NCBI GenBank assembly: GCA_051362555.1
Contig: CM120644.1
Coordinates: 8,936,954-9,000,953 of the forward strand
Reading direction: 5' to 3'
Length of the DNA: 64,000 nt
Source: Lingula anatina
Taxonomy: Eukaryota > Animalia > Brachiopoda
This document shows positions 13,418-34,057 of the stretch, one piece after another (the stretch's first letter is position 1; every line of letters begins with the position of its first letter). The notes beneath the pieces were generated by a model. The model saw only the letters and a program-made list of their open reading frames with translations, was not told the origin of the DNA and made no database searches. The position numbers and the translations under genes were made by a program.

Positions 13418-16400
13418 ATGTCCGGACACAGGAGACTTACAACCTGTTTGCTCGTGCTTGTTTTAGGCCTGGTATGCTTTTGTCATTGTGTGGGCGCCGG
13501 TCAGATACCGTGCTACACGTCGGACCCCAATCCCTATCGACGGTACAGCACCAAATCAGCATACGCCGAGATACCAGCGGTGACAGGGGGAACGGACACG
13601 GGGAGAAGTGACACCGTGGACGCAGGTAATGTCAATTAACCAGGTCAAAGACTTCCCTCTAGCAGGGTGGCAGATTATATAGGGAAAAATGGGGAAAAAA
13701 AGCCAGAGAGCCAAATGACTGTCTATTTATCTACAGACATATATTTGAATATCTGTGAAAAATCAATCTGTCGCCCTGGTAGAGGGTAGTCAAAAAACAC
13801 GAATTCATTTATTTCCAATACCAAAACAGTACATTCTTGCAAAGAGACATTGGCTTCAGGTGCACTTGGAAGTAGTTTATTCAGGGATATGCTACAAGCA
13901 CATAAAAGAGTATTAGTCTGATAAGTATGTTGTCTAGAATTCAGAAACTGGGGGTTGATATTGTACCCCTCCCACCCTCTGTACAATGACAAATCCAGAA
14001 GTTGGCACGTAGTTTAAGGGCTGGGCCGGCGTTCGCATCGAGAGTAGGCGCGACAGACCAAGTTATAGTACTGGTATATGTATTTTGCACACGTGTATGT
14101 ATCCGCATACAGAATATAAAAATTACACGGAAGCAGACATCAGGGTATATGTTTTTCATGTAACAAAGGAGTTACCTTACCAGTCAAGTGCCATTAACTA
14201 CATTATGCTATTTTTACAAATCTATAGAAAGCGTTTTTCATCAAGGAAATGGCCTTGATCCTCGCAATGAGTTGCAAGTTGGGGTTCATTCATAATGAAA
14301 TTGTCGTTCTACGTAGATTGATCCAACTACGAGGAGATATTCGCTGAATGCAATCAGATTAACATATTAACACGTACAACTCCTCTTGTTTCCATTGTAC
14401 TCGTATAATCACCAGCAGTTTATTTTCTGTGTTTACTAAACCCCAGGAGGAGGCGTGTTTATCTATTAATTTGATTACATTCAGCGAAAGTCCATGCAGA
14501 GTTAATTGAATTGATCTACCTAGGACGATAGTTTCGAGGGGAATGAGCCCTTACACTCTGGGTTCAAGGCAAATAGAGTCTGGGACACAATAATATTATG
14601 CTCTAGTAATTATAAGGATGTATAAGATTCTGGTCATGTTAATCCAGATTGTATATTGGTTGTTTTTCAAGTAGGTGCTTACCATGTAGCGAATACAGAC
14701 AGGTACGAGGGCATGAACATGCAATATTTTGTTGGTTTCTTAATTTCCCTACCCTGAGTGTCAGAGCAACGTAAAAGCTAGCTTGCTAAATATACCTTTT
14801 GGTGGAGTCGCTTTTACTGGTATTGCTACTATGGGTTATATATGATATCAAGATCGAGCTGGCAATACCGGATTCTAGAACCTAGGGTAAATTTCCCAGA
14901 TATTTCGATAAAATCCTCAGTTTAAAGTTAATTAGGTTCATTTAATCCAAGTAGTATTTTTTTCGATGTCATAAAAACTGAAATGAATCCCTTTCAGACT
15001 GCTACCCTGTAATGATCTGGCATCTGCTTCGCCATGGATACCGTTACCCTGCAGACAGCGATATAGAACTCTTTAATGCCTTACTGCCGGTATTTCGGGA
15101 CAACATTGTTGCCAATACTACAGGTAAATGTCTATTTTAGAGGAAATCATTACCAATTAAAACTTACCAAACACTTAAAATGACGTAACTGGAGGGTGGA
15201 TGTGGCACCTGTTTCATTAAGAGAAATTTAATAGGTGCGTTCTTTTTATTTCATGCTAAACCCGACAGATCTCTTTCGCTTCAACTTAAACAGTCGAAAT
15301 TTCACATTTCATGAACAAGTTAAATTATTGACTTTCTTTTAAAAATTTTCGTTCATATATAAACCTCGTTTTTCTAGAACAAAAAAAGTATTACAAAGTA
15401 AAGCCAAAACATCTGACGCGATTTTCTGAAAGTTGAACTTGGGGAGTGCGTCATGAAAAACCAATCTACATGACTTTTATTTTTAGCTAAATAATTTTCT
15501 TTGTTTCTTTAACAAATATTACAATAAGCAATCCAGGCGTTTTTGCTTTCCAGTATCTAACCAGTTCTGTGCCGGAGATCTCGCGGCGCTGCGAGACTGG
15601 AAACCGAGAATGGATCCAAGCGATGGTTCTAAATTGGTCATGACCGGCTATGAAGAAATGATGCGTATTGGTAATCATTATAAACACAAGAAAAACGCAT
15701 GCCAAACGTAAATTTTTTGTTTCTAGTTAGGAGTATTAATCATACTTAAGTGCAACTCTGTTTAAATTACACACGTATAGTTGGCCTAACCTTCGATAAG
15801 ACCAAATTATTTATTTCTTTTTACTTAAGATTCCTTGTCCCTCGTATAACAAAATCAGATTGATATCATGATAAATATTCCATCTTTGACTTTGTCACAA
15901 TATTTTCAGCTAAAAACTTCCGGATTAAGTACCCAACTTTGCTGAACGTTTCAATCGACGACATGCTTGCATCCTTCCACTTCCGACATACAGACACTGA
16001 GCGGACCCGAGAGAGTGCCAAGTCGTTTGCAAAGGGATTGTTAAAGCAACCAGGTAAGATAGTAGACTAAAGGCCCGTAGGTGAGGGGGAGCTCGAAGGG
16101 GAGGTCGGGGGAGTTAGAAAGAACCGATCATTTGGGTGGAATAGGGATCTGAAGCAATATTTGACCCAAGTTTATGCAATTCTCAAGTTGGGTCAACGAA
16201 TGGGTTAACAAGGTCCATTCGCTCTGAAAAAGAAGCCCTCTTTGAAATTGCAGTCCATAAACCTGGAGCCTTTGTTTGACTAATACGATATAATGTGCCT
16301 TTCAATCAAACAACAGTCTTGCCTCTGTTTGACCACATGTGGCATTAGAAAGCCAAACGAATTAACTAAGAGCGTATCATCTAGCAACAAGCCAAAACTA

Positions 16401-18566
16401 CAATCTTTCTTAGAACGGAAGTTTAAAACTAAATTCAGGGCAGAAAACTCTAAGTGATGTATTCATGGAAAACAATATGATTCCTAGATTCTACAGTAAC
16501 TATACATGAAGTAACGCGTTTGTGTCTTCAGTACAACACATATATTTCACGTTTTTGTCCACCAGGTATGACCGACCAAGAACTGGAGGCGCTGGTCAAC
16601 AGAATACCGATGACCGTGTATCCAACGACAAATGACCGTCTGCTTCGATTCTTTGATGCCTGCGAGAGATACAAAAAGGTACATTCCCAATAGTCAATGG
16701 TGATCATGAATGAAAATAATCAAACACAAGCCGAATACAGATGTCAACATCTACTCACATCATTCTGATGAAGGCCTTCGCCCAGGTTGGCTGTAAGCTA
16801 ACGGTATGAAAATATTTCTGTTTGTGTTTGATAATTTTCACTTATGATCCAGCTACCAAGCTAATGTACACTTTTGCTCAGTCTATGGTGATGTTATGTC
16901 AAAAAAAAAAAAAAATGAATTTGCAAACCCCTAAAGTCCGAATGAGCTGCTGAGTTACAAATTCGGGCCTATTAGTAGTGAAACAAAACGCTCTTCGATA
17001 TAAGACTTCAATGAGGATATTTTGTTCATTTGTTTATTTTTGTGATAATTTTTGTCACTGTATTTTCTGTGTTGCAGACCATAAGGAGCAAGCCTGTTGC
17101 GGAACTAGACAAATTTGACAACGGCTCAATAATGTCGGAAGTTATTGCTAACATATCAAGGAGGATTGGACTGAGACAAAACACGAACATTTGTAAGTAA
17201 AATTTGTCGTCTTTTTGGTGTAGATTTAGAGGACGTAGCTTATGACTATTGGAGCTAATTAAAAATAGAACTTCTCGTCAGCGGTAATATAAAAATAATT
17301 CTTTATTATCATGCACAGTAGGGCCTACATGTGTTTCTCAAAATTATTTTGTCATGATTATAAGTACAAAAGACAGCGATAATACCAGTAATTAAAATTC
17401 CCGTTTTCAGTCAAAACTGCAAAATGATATGTAGGATTCCAATTTCAGCCGTGTCGCAGTCCTTGTGGCTCGCTTGCGCCAGTGAATATGCCATATATGG
17501 CTTGACTCAAGACAGTACCGTCAAAAATTCCAGTGCTGCTCCCTGGTGTTCGGTTTTTAGTCAAGACGACCTGAAGGCATTTGAATACAGAACCGACCTA
17601 GCTTATTATTATAAAAACTCTTACGGACATAAGCTCAGCTATGAACAGGCCTGCCCTCTTTTGAAAGATTTCATCGGATCAATTAGGTTAAATAAGCATA
17701 TCTTAACTTCACAATATAAACATTACAGAGAAACCCATTAGCCTACACTGAAATTAAAGTTATTGATAAGCCTACTTTTGCAGTATCCCCCAACTTTCAC
17801 ATTTTTCAATTTTTTCAAAGCAGTTTTTACAGTTTTTGTTCATCTATGTCAACGCTATTTAAATAAAAGTCTTTGTAATTCTCGGTGATCATTTTTGTTT
17901 TTAAATCAAGTTTAATCCATGTCACCAGTAGGCCTAGTTTCCTATACATTGACGCGTTTTCACTAGCTAATGCTGAGGTAAAAAGACCTAGCTATCATGT
18001 GACTTTGAGTGTACAAAGCTTTCAATTCTACTTGTGCAGTATATCCACCGCCATATAATTTTCTAAAACACATGTTTAACCCGTTTATTTCATTTCATTT
18101 ATTTATTTATTGCAGGAATGCGACAACGAAAGACAATTTTACCAAAGTTGTTATTCGAGTTGGGCATTCGCCGACAATTGTGCCATTCTACGCAAATCTA
18201 GGGCTCTTCAAGGATTCAAGACCATTGACAGCTGACAACTTCCTCTCCCAAGGGAACAGAAAACTCAGAACAAGTTACATAGACCCCATGGCATCCAACA
18301 TAAACTTTGTCATCTACAAATGTGGAAACGCCCACAAATTTAAAATGCATGTGAACGAACGCGAGACCACGTTCCCCGGATGCAATGGCGTGTTATGTGA
18401 CATCGAAACACTGATGGGCTCTGTAGGGAAAGCCGCAGACACGTGCGATTTCGATCAGATGTGTAAATGGCCTATTCACCCATCAACAGGAGGAGCCACA
18501 AGAGCTGATGGTGCCATGACGTTCTGGCTGATGATTTTTTCCAAGTTTCTTATGCCTGTCGTATAA
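13418..18566 (+). CDS. MINPP1: Multiple inositol polyphosphate phosphatase-like (histidine acid phosphatase), 8 coding exons
   Basis: In-frame GT-AG exons 13418-13625, 14998-15123, 15554-15670, 15910-16053, 16566-16678, 17078-17192, 17449-17686, 18116-18566. Signal peptide, RHGYRYP (RHGxRxP) active site, and MINPP-type segments LLRFFDAC, PWCSVFS, EYRTDLAYYY, LGLFKD, PMASN. Confidence 0.88.
14282..14550. mobile_element. MITE family B, copy 2 (MINPP1-like intron 1)
   Basis: GGGTTCATTCATAATGAAATT...GGGGAATGAGCCC|tta. Shares internal TGCTGAATGCAATCAG-like and GATCTACCTAG segments with 4059-4289. Confidence 0.65.
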
Positions 18567-21500
18567 TTAGACATTTTGTTATGTTTTTTCTTTGACCTGT
18601 TGTAATACGTACGGTCACCTTCTCTTGCGCATAATGTGTAAATTATTCAGTGAATGTTTTAATTATTCAGTCACAAGATGCCTAACGTAGGCTACTATCG
18701 CGCCTTTGGAACCCATTTGGAACCGCAATTCAGGTTGCACACATAATTTCATATTGCATAATTTCGTATTATCATTTTAAGCGTTTATTGCATGTATAAA
18801 CATAATAATCTTGCACATGAACAAATCAAATTGATTCATTTTTCTTTTAACCTCATACATGGTTCGCCGTGGACGCGAACCTCAAAATTGCATTGGTTGT
18901 CAGTCCCGTTTGACATAACCAGCTCCAGGCCTACCCAATTACCAGACTCGGCACCGAATGATCCTGAATTCACCGGTAGATCAGACCACACTACCTGTTT
19001 TCAAGGTGTGTGTCAGATCGCATTACACAGTATCAGACACGACACCGCTCTTGCCTAGTACGCCATGTGATAGTGACGATTCTCAGCGGGGTTGAAAAGC
19101 ATTGCATCAACACTCAAAATTTGTTCAGGGTATGAAACAAGGCCAGATTGGGGGGGGGGGGGGAGGGGGGCATAGAAAACAAAATGTATGATTAGGTAAT
19201 TAAGCAATTGTATAGCGGCAATATGACTTTTGAAAAAACTTTTCTTGCTGATAATCCCAACGAGCAGATAGTTTTTTTTTATGAAAGTGCTGCATGACAT
19301 GCATGACCCCATGCCGGGTAAGGTACTGACTCCATTCAATTTTGATCTGTTGCGTAGTTGGTAAAGGATAGAGATCAATAACCATCCCCACCTAAGTATC
19401 ATTTTGAAGACTTTAAAGCAAAGAGAATTGACGACGTAGACGTTATAATAATGAAGATCAATAAGTTGTCAGACCGATCACTAATTCTAAACTATACCGA
19501 GTTTTTATGCAAAAGGTAATTTGCCCGGACACACGAGAGACAGACTCTTTTTCGGTTGCGGGGCCAGCTCGTTGTGTTGAACTGACATGCGTCATCTAGG
19601 CTTTGAACTCGTGACTTGCCGTTACCATGTTTTTCTGATGGCTTGGTGGTTTTTGCAACCAAGCACGCTACCGACTGCGCCGTGACTAACCCGCCAACCG
19701 TCCTAGGATACGAGTTTCCTCTTATAGAAATAAAACACAATTTTTCGCAATTATTTCGAGCAAAAGAAAGGTTGCATTGAAATTCTTCGAATTCGAACCC
19801 TCGTACAAGAGTCTAGCTGTGTCAGAGACGGCGGAGTTACCACGGAGCCACAGAAGCTTCGTTGGCTGGGAATGATCAAATGGAAATTTTCTACTTTCCC
19901 ACGTACAGAGAGGGCCAGTTTGGCTGTATATGTATTTAAATATCTGCCATAACAATCAATAGCCCGTGAACCGTACATCTATATTTCGCCAGTCGGCGAA
20001 CACGGTATTATCATCAACGTTGTTTAAGTTCATCAAGTACACGAGGACTTATTTGAGAAATCGACACGGACCGTTTTTAGATAGATTACTTTTTTCTAGT
20101 ATGACTATTTTTTTATTTTATAGAACTATGAATCATTATCAGCTAATTAAAATTCTAATTTCAATGGAAGAAAATTAGTGTGATCTTAACTTTTATTCAG
20201 AACCCTCTAAATCCGCCAGATCATTTAAGCCGGTTAAGTTGATAGCAATTTAGTGAGACTCCCAAGGGAGATAGATCGATCCAAATATCTGTGGGAATGG
20301 TCCATTCCCACAGATATGTGTCAATACAAGGCACTACAAGAGATAGTCGAAAAATAAGATTGAAATTGTAGGTGGGTGGGATCTAACGCCTTTCGCTTTA
20401 CCGTCAATGCATTTGGTGCTTTTCCCAGTTCTATGATAGCATTGTAATTTTACATGAAGACTAGGTCTCCGACTTGACAGATCGCGGAATTTAAAGTAAA
20501 AACAAACAAACAAACAAACAAACAATAGTGAGTTTTCTTACTCACCTAGCGCGTAGGGATTGATAAGCTGAAAGCTGGGAATTTGTAAGAAATTAATGAT
20601 ATAATATTACCGGATGGGGATACGGTATGGGAAATTAAGGAGAATAGGAAAGGTCGGATAAAAAAATTAGAATTCAACGCCCTGGGTGACCGTTACGCCT
20701 CGGTGATAATTCTATTTAATTCTGCTGCAGTTCTTACATCGTATTTCTTCTTACTGTAGTACGTCTTTGGTTAACTCATTTCTAAACCATTGACGTATCA
20801 AAATTAAAATTATTCTATGTTGATGTCTATACAGCAGCATGGCTCTACTTTTAACGATTAAATCTATTGCTGATGATTTTATGCAAACATAATTATACAC
20901 ACAACAATCTGAAGCTCCAGGAAAGTATTTCAAAACCTTTTTTTACATTTTATTATTTAATAAGTACCAGTATGCAAACAAAGACGACACTTTTTTTCTA
21001 CATTTTTACTTTTTCAATATCTGTACAACAAAATGCAAAGGTGTCTCAGAAGCATGCAAAATCGCAAAGGAATCTGGTGAAAGTAATATAATATTGCCTT
21101 GTTATATCTCACTATAACGCCATAGAGAAATTTGAAATGGACAGCAAACCACGTATAACAAAATCTGAGTCATCACTGCCTGTACAAATGCATCAAAACT
21201 GTTGTTTTGGGTGTCTATCATTTGCTGTAAGAGATGAGCTTTTTTACATCCAGCTCTGTGTGTTTTAATCCTTCACAAAGCTTCTTGTCCAAATTTTGAA
21301 AAAGATTCATTAGTATGCTTCTTGTCCAAATTTCGACGAAGACGCATTTGTTAAGATATCTTTCTTTACTTTCGTGATTCGTTTCCTACTATAACTCAAA
21401 CTTTTAGAACAACATTTTCAAATCTTTCCTCTTTCTTTCAGTTTTAAGTCAATAATACCAATACTTTTAACCAAAATCTCTGCGACAAATTTCTTGAAAA

Positions 21501-21597
21501 CAAGAGCATTACTCCTTTTGTCTTTCCATCTTTTCTCTAAACAACCTAAATTCTAGCACAACATATTTTTTGTATATCCTTCCTGTTTTACGACAGT

Positions 21598-30170
<8,573 letters not shown>

Positions 30171-30624
30171 GGTGGCAGCCTGAAAGAATAAATACAGTGC
30201 ACATGTAGCTTTATGATAAGTAATTCGATGCAAATAAAATGGGCAAATCGTTGAAAATGAAATGAGAAATTACAGAATACAATCGGCTTATAACAATGAA
30301 GAAATTCTCTTGGTACTCTTGGGTGTACAATGTCACGCACTATTCCAGCTTAACTGCAGCAGTTTTTTATCTGCCACATAATGTTCAATGTCACACTCCC
30401 AGTCAAAATTATTCTCAGGAATTGCCGAAATAACCTTGTCTGGTTTTGTAACGTCGGCTAAAATTTAACGCGATAATTCAACGACTTTGAAAAGCGCAAA
30501 ACCAATTTGCAAGAGACTGTTATGCTATCAAATATACAAATATAAAATATATAGCAACTGGGTAGCCTGTTAACATTTATTTGACACGATAATCGACAAA
30601 AAAATAACCAAAACACACAGCCTA

Positions 30625-30918
30625 CCTCTAAAACGGAAACAATATGGATGCAAGTTTCACGCAGTGCATGATGGGTAAATAAAAATCAAATATTTTTTAA
30701 ATAATGATTAGAATACTCATATAGCATTCAGTTGAGATAATTCAGTTTTTCATTTATTTTTTATGATATGTACATGAAATATTTATAGAGACACACAATG
30801 TTACTAACTAAACCTAGATGTCGGCATGCGCACATTAAACTTCCGCCTTTTCGCCGACCGGTGATCGACAGTGTAACACGTGTGCACGTCTCCCCAACAT
30901 TTTTATCCACCGTTTAAG
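30625..30918. promoter_or_regulatory. Shared bidirectional promoter of NDUFS1 and EF1-beta, with a TCT/5'TOP-like initiator
   Basis: A probable non-coding NDUFS1 exon 1 ends at a minus-strand donor (GAG|GTAGGC) near 30625. A pyrimidine tract CTTCCGCCTTTTCG lies at 30840-30853, ~70 nt before the EF1-beta ATG. TSS positions are inferred. Confidence 0.6.
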
Positions 30919-32457
30919 ATGGGTTTCGGTGATCTGAAGAGTGCTGCTGGCCTCAAGGTCCTTAATGAGTTCCTGGCCGACAGAAGTTACATACAAGGGT
31001 AAGTGTCAACGGCTTATCAATGAGTTTCTGTCGATTTATACCAGTGCCATAATGAACGTGTTATCATTGTACGTTGTGGTGTAGTGTAGACGTAGTACAC
31101 TGTAAACTGCGTTTGCAAACTGCCCTTGTAGACAGTGAAGAGCGCAATACAAATATATAGCTCAATTGAATACTACTACGTATCTGATATTCGAGCAAAA
31201 ATTCCGCTGAAAATTCTCTGCGTTTTGATATTTTATTATGCAGGCTCGATTTTACGATTGCCCATGTGTAAGTTGTGACAAGTTTGTTCTGTGTGTTGTT
31301 AGCACCATGTCAATATTGAATTTTTTGTTTTAACGTTAACAAGTTTATTGTAAGTAATATTTCATAATAGAGAAATGCTTGTGAAAATTGACACCATGAG
31401 TACAGTAGTTTTAGAATAGTTTTCATTTCTTTTACCAAACAAAGATGTCCGCACAGTATACTTTGCAATTAGTTACAGGAAGTTGCATCACAAATCATAA
31501 CTTGAATAATTAGTGGTCACTATGCATTGTAATACGTTTAGCTTTACCATTTTGGGTAAGAGCATAAGTTCATTACAAATATACTTGCACTAGTAAACAT
31601 AATAGTTTTAATTATTATTATAAATATTATCATTGTCAATTGTGTTTTTAGGTTCACCCCCTCCCAGGCTGATGTAGCCGTGTTCTCCGCCCTGTCTGGA
31701 CCACCGTCAGCTGACCTGTGCCACGCCCTGCGCTGGTACAACCACATCAAGTCATTTGGCAAGGCCACAGCCAGGTACAGTTAACATGGACTGAATAATC
31801 TCACTCTCTCACATACCAGTATTCACTTACAGAAGAAATTTTTATGATAATAAAATGTGAATTCTCAACTAAAGAGATGCTTGTGTTCTGTTTTGAAAGA
31901 TGTCAAAAGTGTTATCTGTTGACCTGCCACAAGCTGTAGCCTAAGAAGGCAGCCATGTCAGTGTGATAGGGCAACATACTTGTACAAATTTGTCAGACTG
32001 TTCCTACAAACTGACAACTTTAGAATTAAGTCGTATTTAGTCTGTTTTACTTCTGTTAACATAGTTTGATCTTTAAAAGCCTAATTTATTTATCAAATAT
32101 ATATTTCAGTTTTCCTGGACAAAAGAAGGATGTCAGTGCCTATGGCCCAGCTGGCGGTGCCTCAGCTGCTGATGACGATGATGATGATGACGATGATATT
32201 GACCTGTTTGGGTCTGATGAGGAAGATGACGCTGCTGCTGCTGAATTGAAAGAGAAAAGATTAGCTGAATACGCTGCTAAGAAGGCTGCAAGTAAGAAAT
32301 CAATTATGCCCTGCCTAAGAAATTAATTTTGCCCTGCCTAAGTAGCACGGACAGGAATATTGTTTTGTTATGATCAAGAATGTCAGCAGATTATATGTGC
32401 TGCTAATACACACACACACACACACACACACAGATTTATTTGAGCTTTATCTCATAT

Positions 32458-32488
<31 letters not shown>

Positions 32489-34057
32489 TCAATCTTTCAG
32501 AGCCAGGCCCGATTGCCAAGAGTTCAATCGTTTTGGACATTAAACCCTGGGACGATGAAACAGATCTTGGTGAAATGGAGAAGCTAGTCCGTGGCATTGA
32601 GACTGACGGTCTAGTGTGGGGAGCATGTGAGTAGAGGACATGTCTTTACTTATTGCCTGAATACATAGTGCTGAGTCTGCTTGTTAGGTTAACAAAAGTC
32701 TGGGTCGGTCAAGTTAAAGCACATTATACCAGAGCTGCCAATATACAGAAAGAGTTTTCTGTTATTTTTTAAATTAATTGATTTATTTGCAGTGGATATA
32801 TTACTACCAGTGGGTTTGTCCATCATAAAAAAACAAACAGCAATAAGGATCATTTTCAAAGGTTTCAAGTTTAAAAAAAACTATAAAAATTCATCATACA
32901 CTACAAATAACTGAATGGTGAATTCCAAATTATTTTCCAGCCAAACAAGTCCCAGTGGGCTATGGTATCAAAAAGCTGCAGATCATGTGTGTTGTAGAAG
33001 ATGCCAAGGTAAGCCACAGTAGGGGTGGGAAGTGGGGAGGGGGTAGCCCCCTCATCCTCCTAAATCCTACAGTTAGCTAGCTTATAAGTCTATGAGCGCA
33101 TTCTCAACGAATTAAGCCAGGCTTTACAAAGCCGGTGACCTAAAAATGGCGGACGTACATGAAAGAAAAACCGCCTAATCTTTTAATAGTCTCTCCGCCT
33201 CTCACACGCCTCCCCACATGTCGTCCCTGTGGGGTACAGTAATTAAATCTCGGCTCCGAACATTAATATTTCCGTGAATATCTCTGGTGATATTATCTCC
33301 GTAGATAGTCGATTCATTGCTGCTCTACGGGCCAAATTATTCCTTTTTCGTCTCTGTTTTCAAATATAATAGAACAGAAGAGCTTTTTTCCTTCGATCGC
33401 CTTCAGCCGCCATGCTTTCTTCACCACCAGTTTAACTGATGAGCATGCGCACTTAATATTTCTCAGGTAGCTTCCGCATGGCGAACGGAGACTTAATTCG
33501 TTGAGAATGCGCTCTATGACTGCATTCCCACAGATTTTAGATCAATCTATCCCCGTGAGGAGTCTCACTGGATTACTGTCAGCTTAGCAGGCTTAAATGT
33601 CTATCCCACCTACTAAAAGGGGGTAAATAACTTCCGTGCGCACTCGGCTGACAGCAATTTAGCATGAACCCCCAGGGAGTTAGGTTGATCCAGATGGTTC
33701 AATCTAAATATGTGGGAATGCAGTCTAAGGTATATAGGATGCTAATTGAGTATGTGTTAAAGAAAGAAGTTTGTGGAAGATTTAACAGGTATTGTTGAAA
33801 AAATAAACTATTGAAATTTATGGAAGTTTTACCATTTTTTGTGTTTAAGGCTGATTGTACTTATAAACAAGCTTTTATGTAGCATTATTTAATTTTTTTT
33901 TTTAAATTGCGTCAAGATTTGTTTGAATAGCATCTTTATTGCTGTAAACAAGTATTTATGTTGTTTTTAGGTTGGCACAGATTTTCTGGAGGAAAGTATT
34001 ACAGCATTTGAAGATTTCGTCCAATCTGTAGACGTTGTAGCTTTCAATAAGATCTAA
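30919..34057 (+). CDS. EEF1B2: Translation elongation factor 1-beta, 6 coding exons
   Basis: Exons 30919-30998, 31652-31774, 32110-32291, 32501-32626, 32941-33008, 33971-34057. Translates MGFGDLKS...HALRWYNHI...[11 protein letters not shown]...[17 protein letters not shown]...[10 protein letters not shown]...[18 protein letters not shown] at 34228. Confidence 0.97.
33094..33514. mobile_element. MITE with 23-bp TIRs and TAT TSD in EF1-beta intron 5
   Basis: tat|GAGCGCATTCTCAACGAATTAAG...CTTAATTCGTTGAGAATGCGCTC|tat. Absent from the paralogous intron copy at ~37610, which shows the empty site. Confidence 0.9.
33518..33725 (+). mobile_element. MITE family A, copy 3
   Basis: GACTGCATTCCCACA...TGTGGGAATGCAGTC perfect TIRs, directly adjacent to the previous MITE. 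Absent from the duplicate intron. Confidence 0.85.

Noticed and set aside
20286-20317. Perfect palindrome ATATCTGTGGGAATGGTCCATTCCCACAGATAT as an RNA hairpin gene
   Set aside because: It consists of two MITE family A terminal repeats joined together.
31000-32940. Intronic snoRNAs in EF1-beta (vertebrate EEF1B2 hosts SNORD51 and SNORA41); a hairpin followed by ACA at ~31108-31155 and stems at ~31920-32020
   Set aside because: No convincing C/D box pair or H box with correct spacing and no recognisable rRNA guide found by eye. An Infernal/snoReport scan would be needed.
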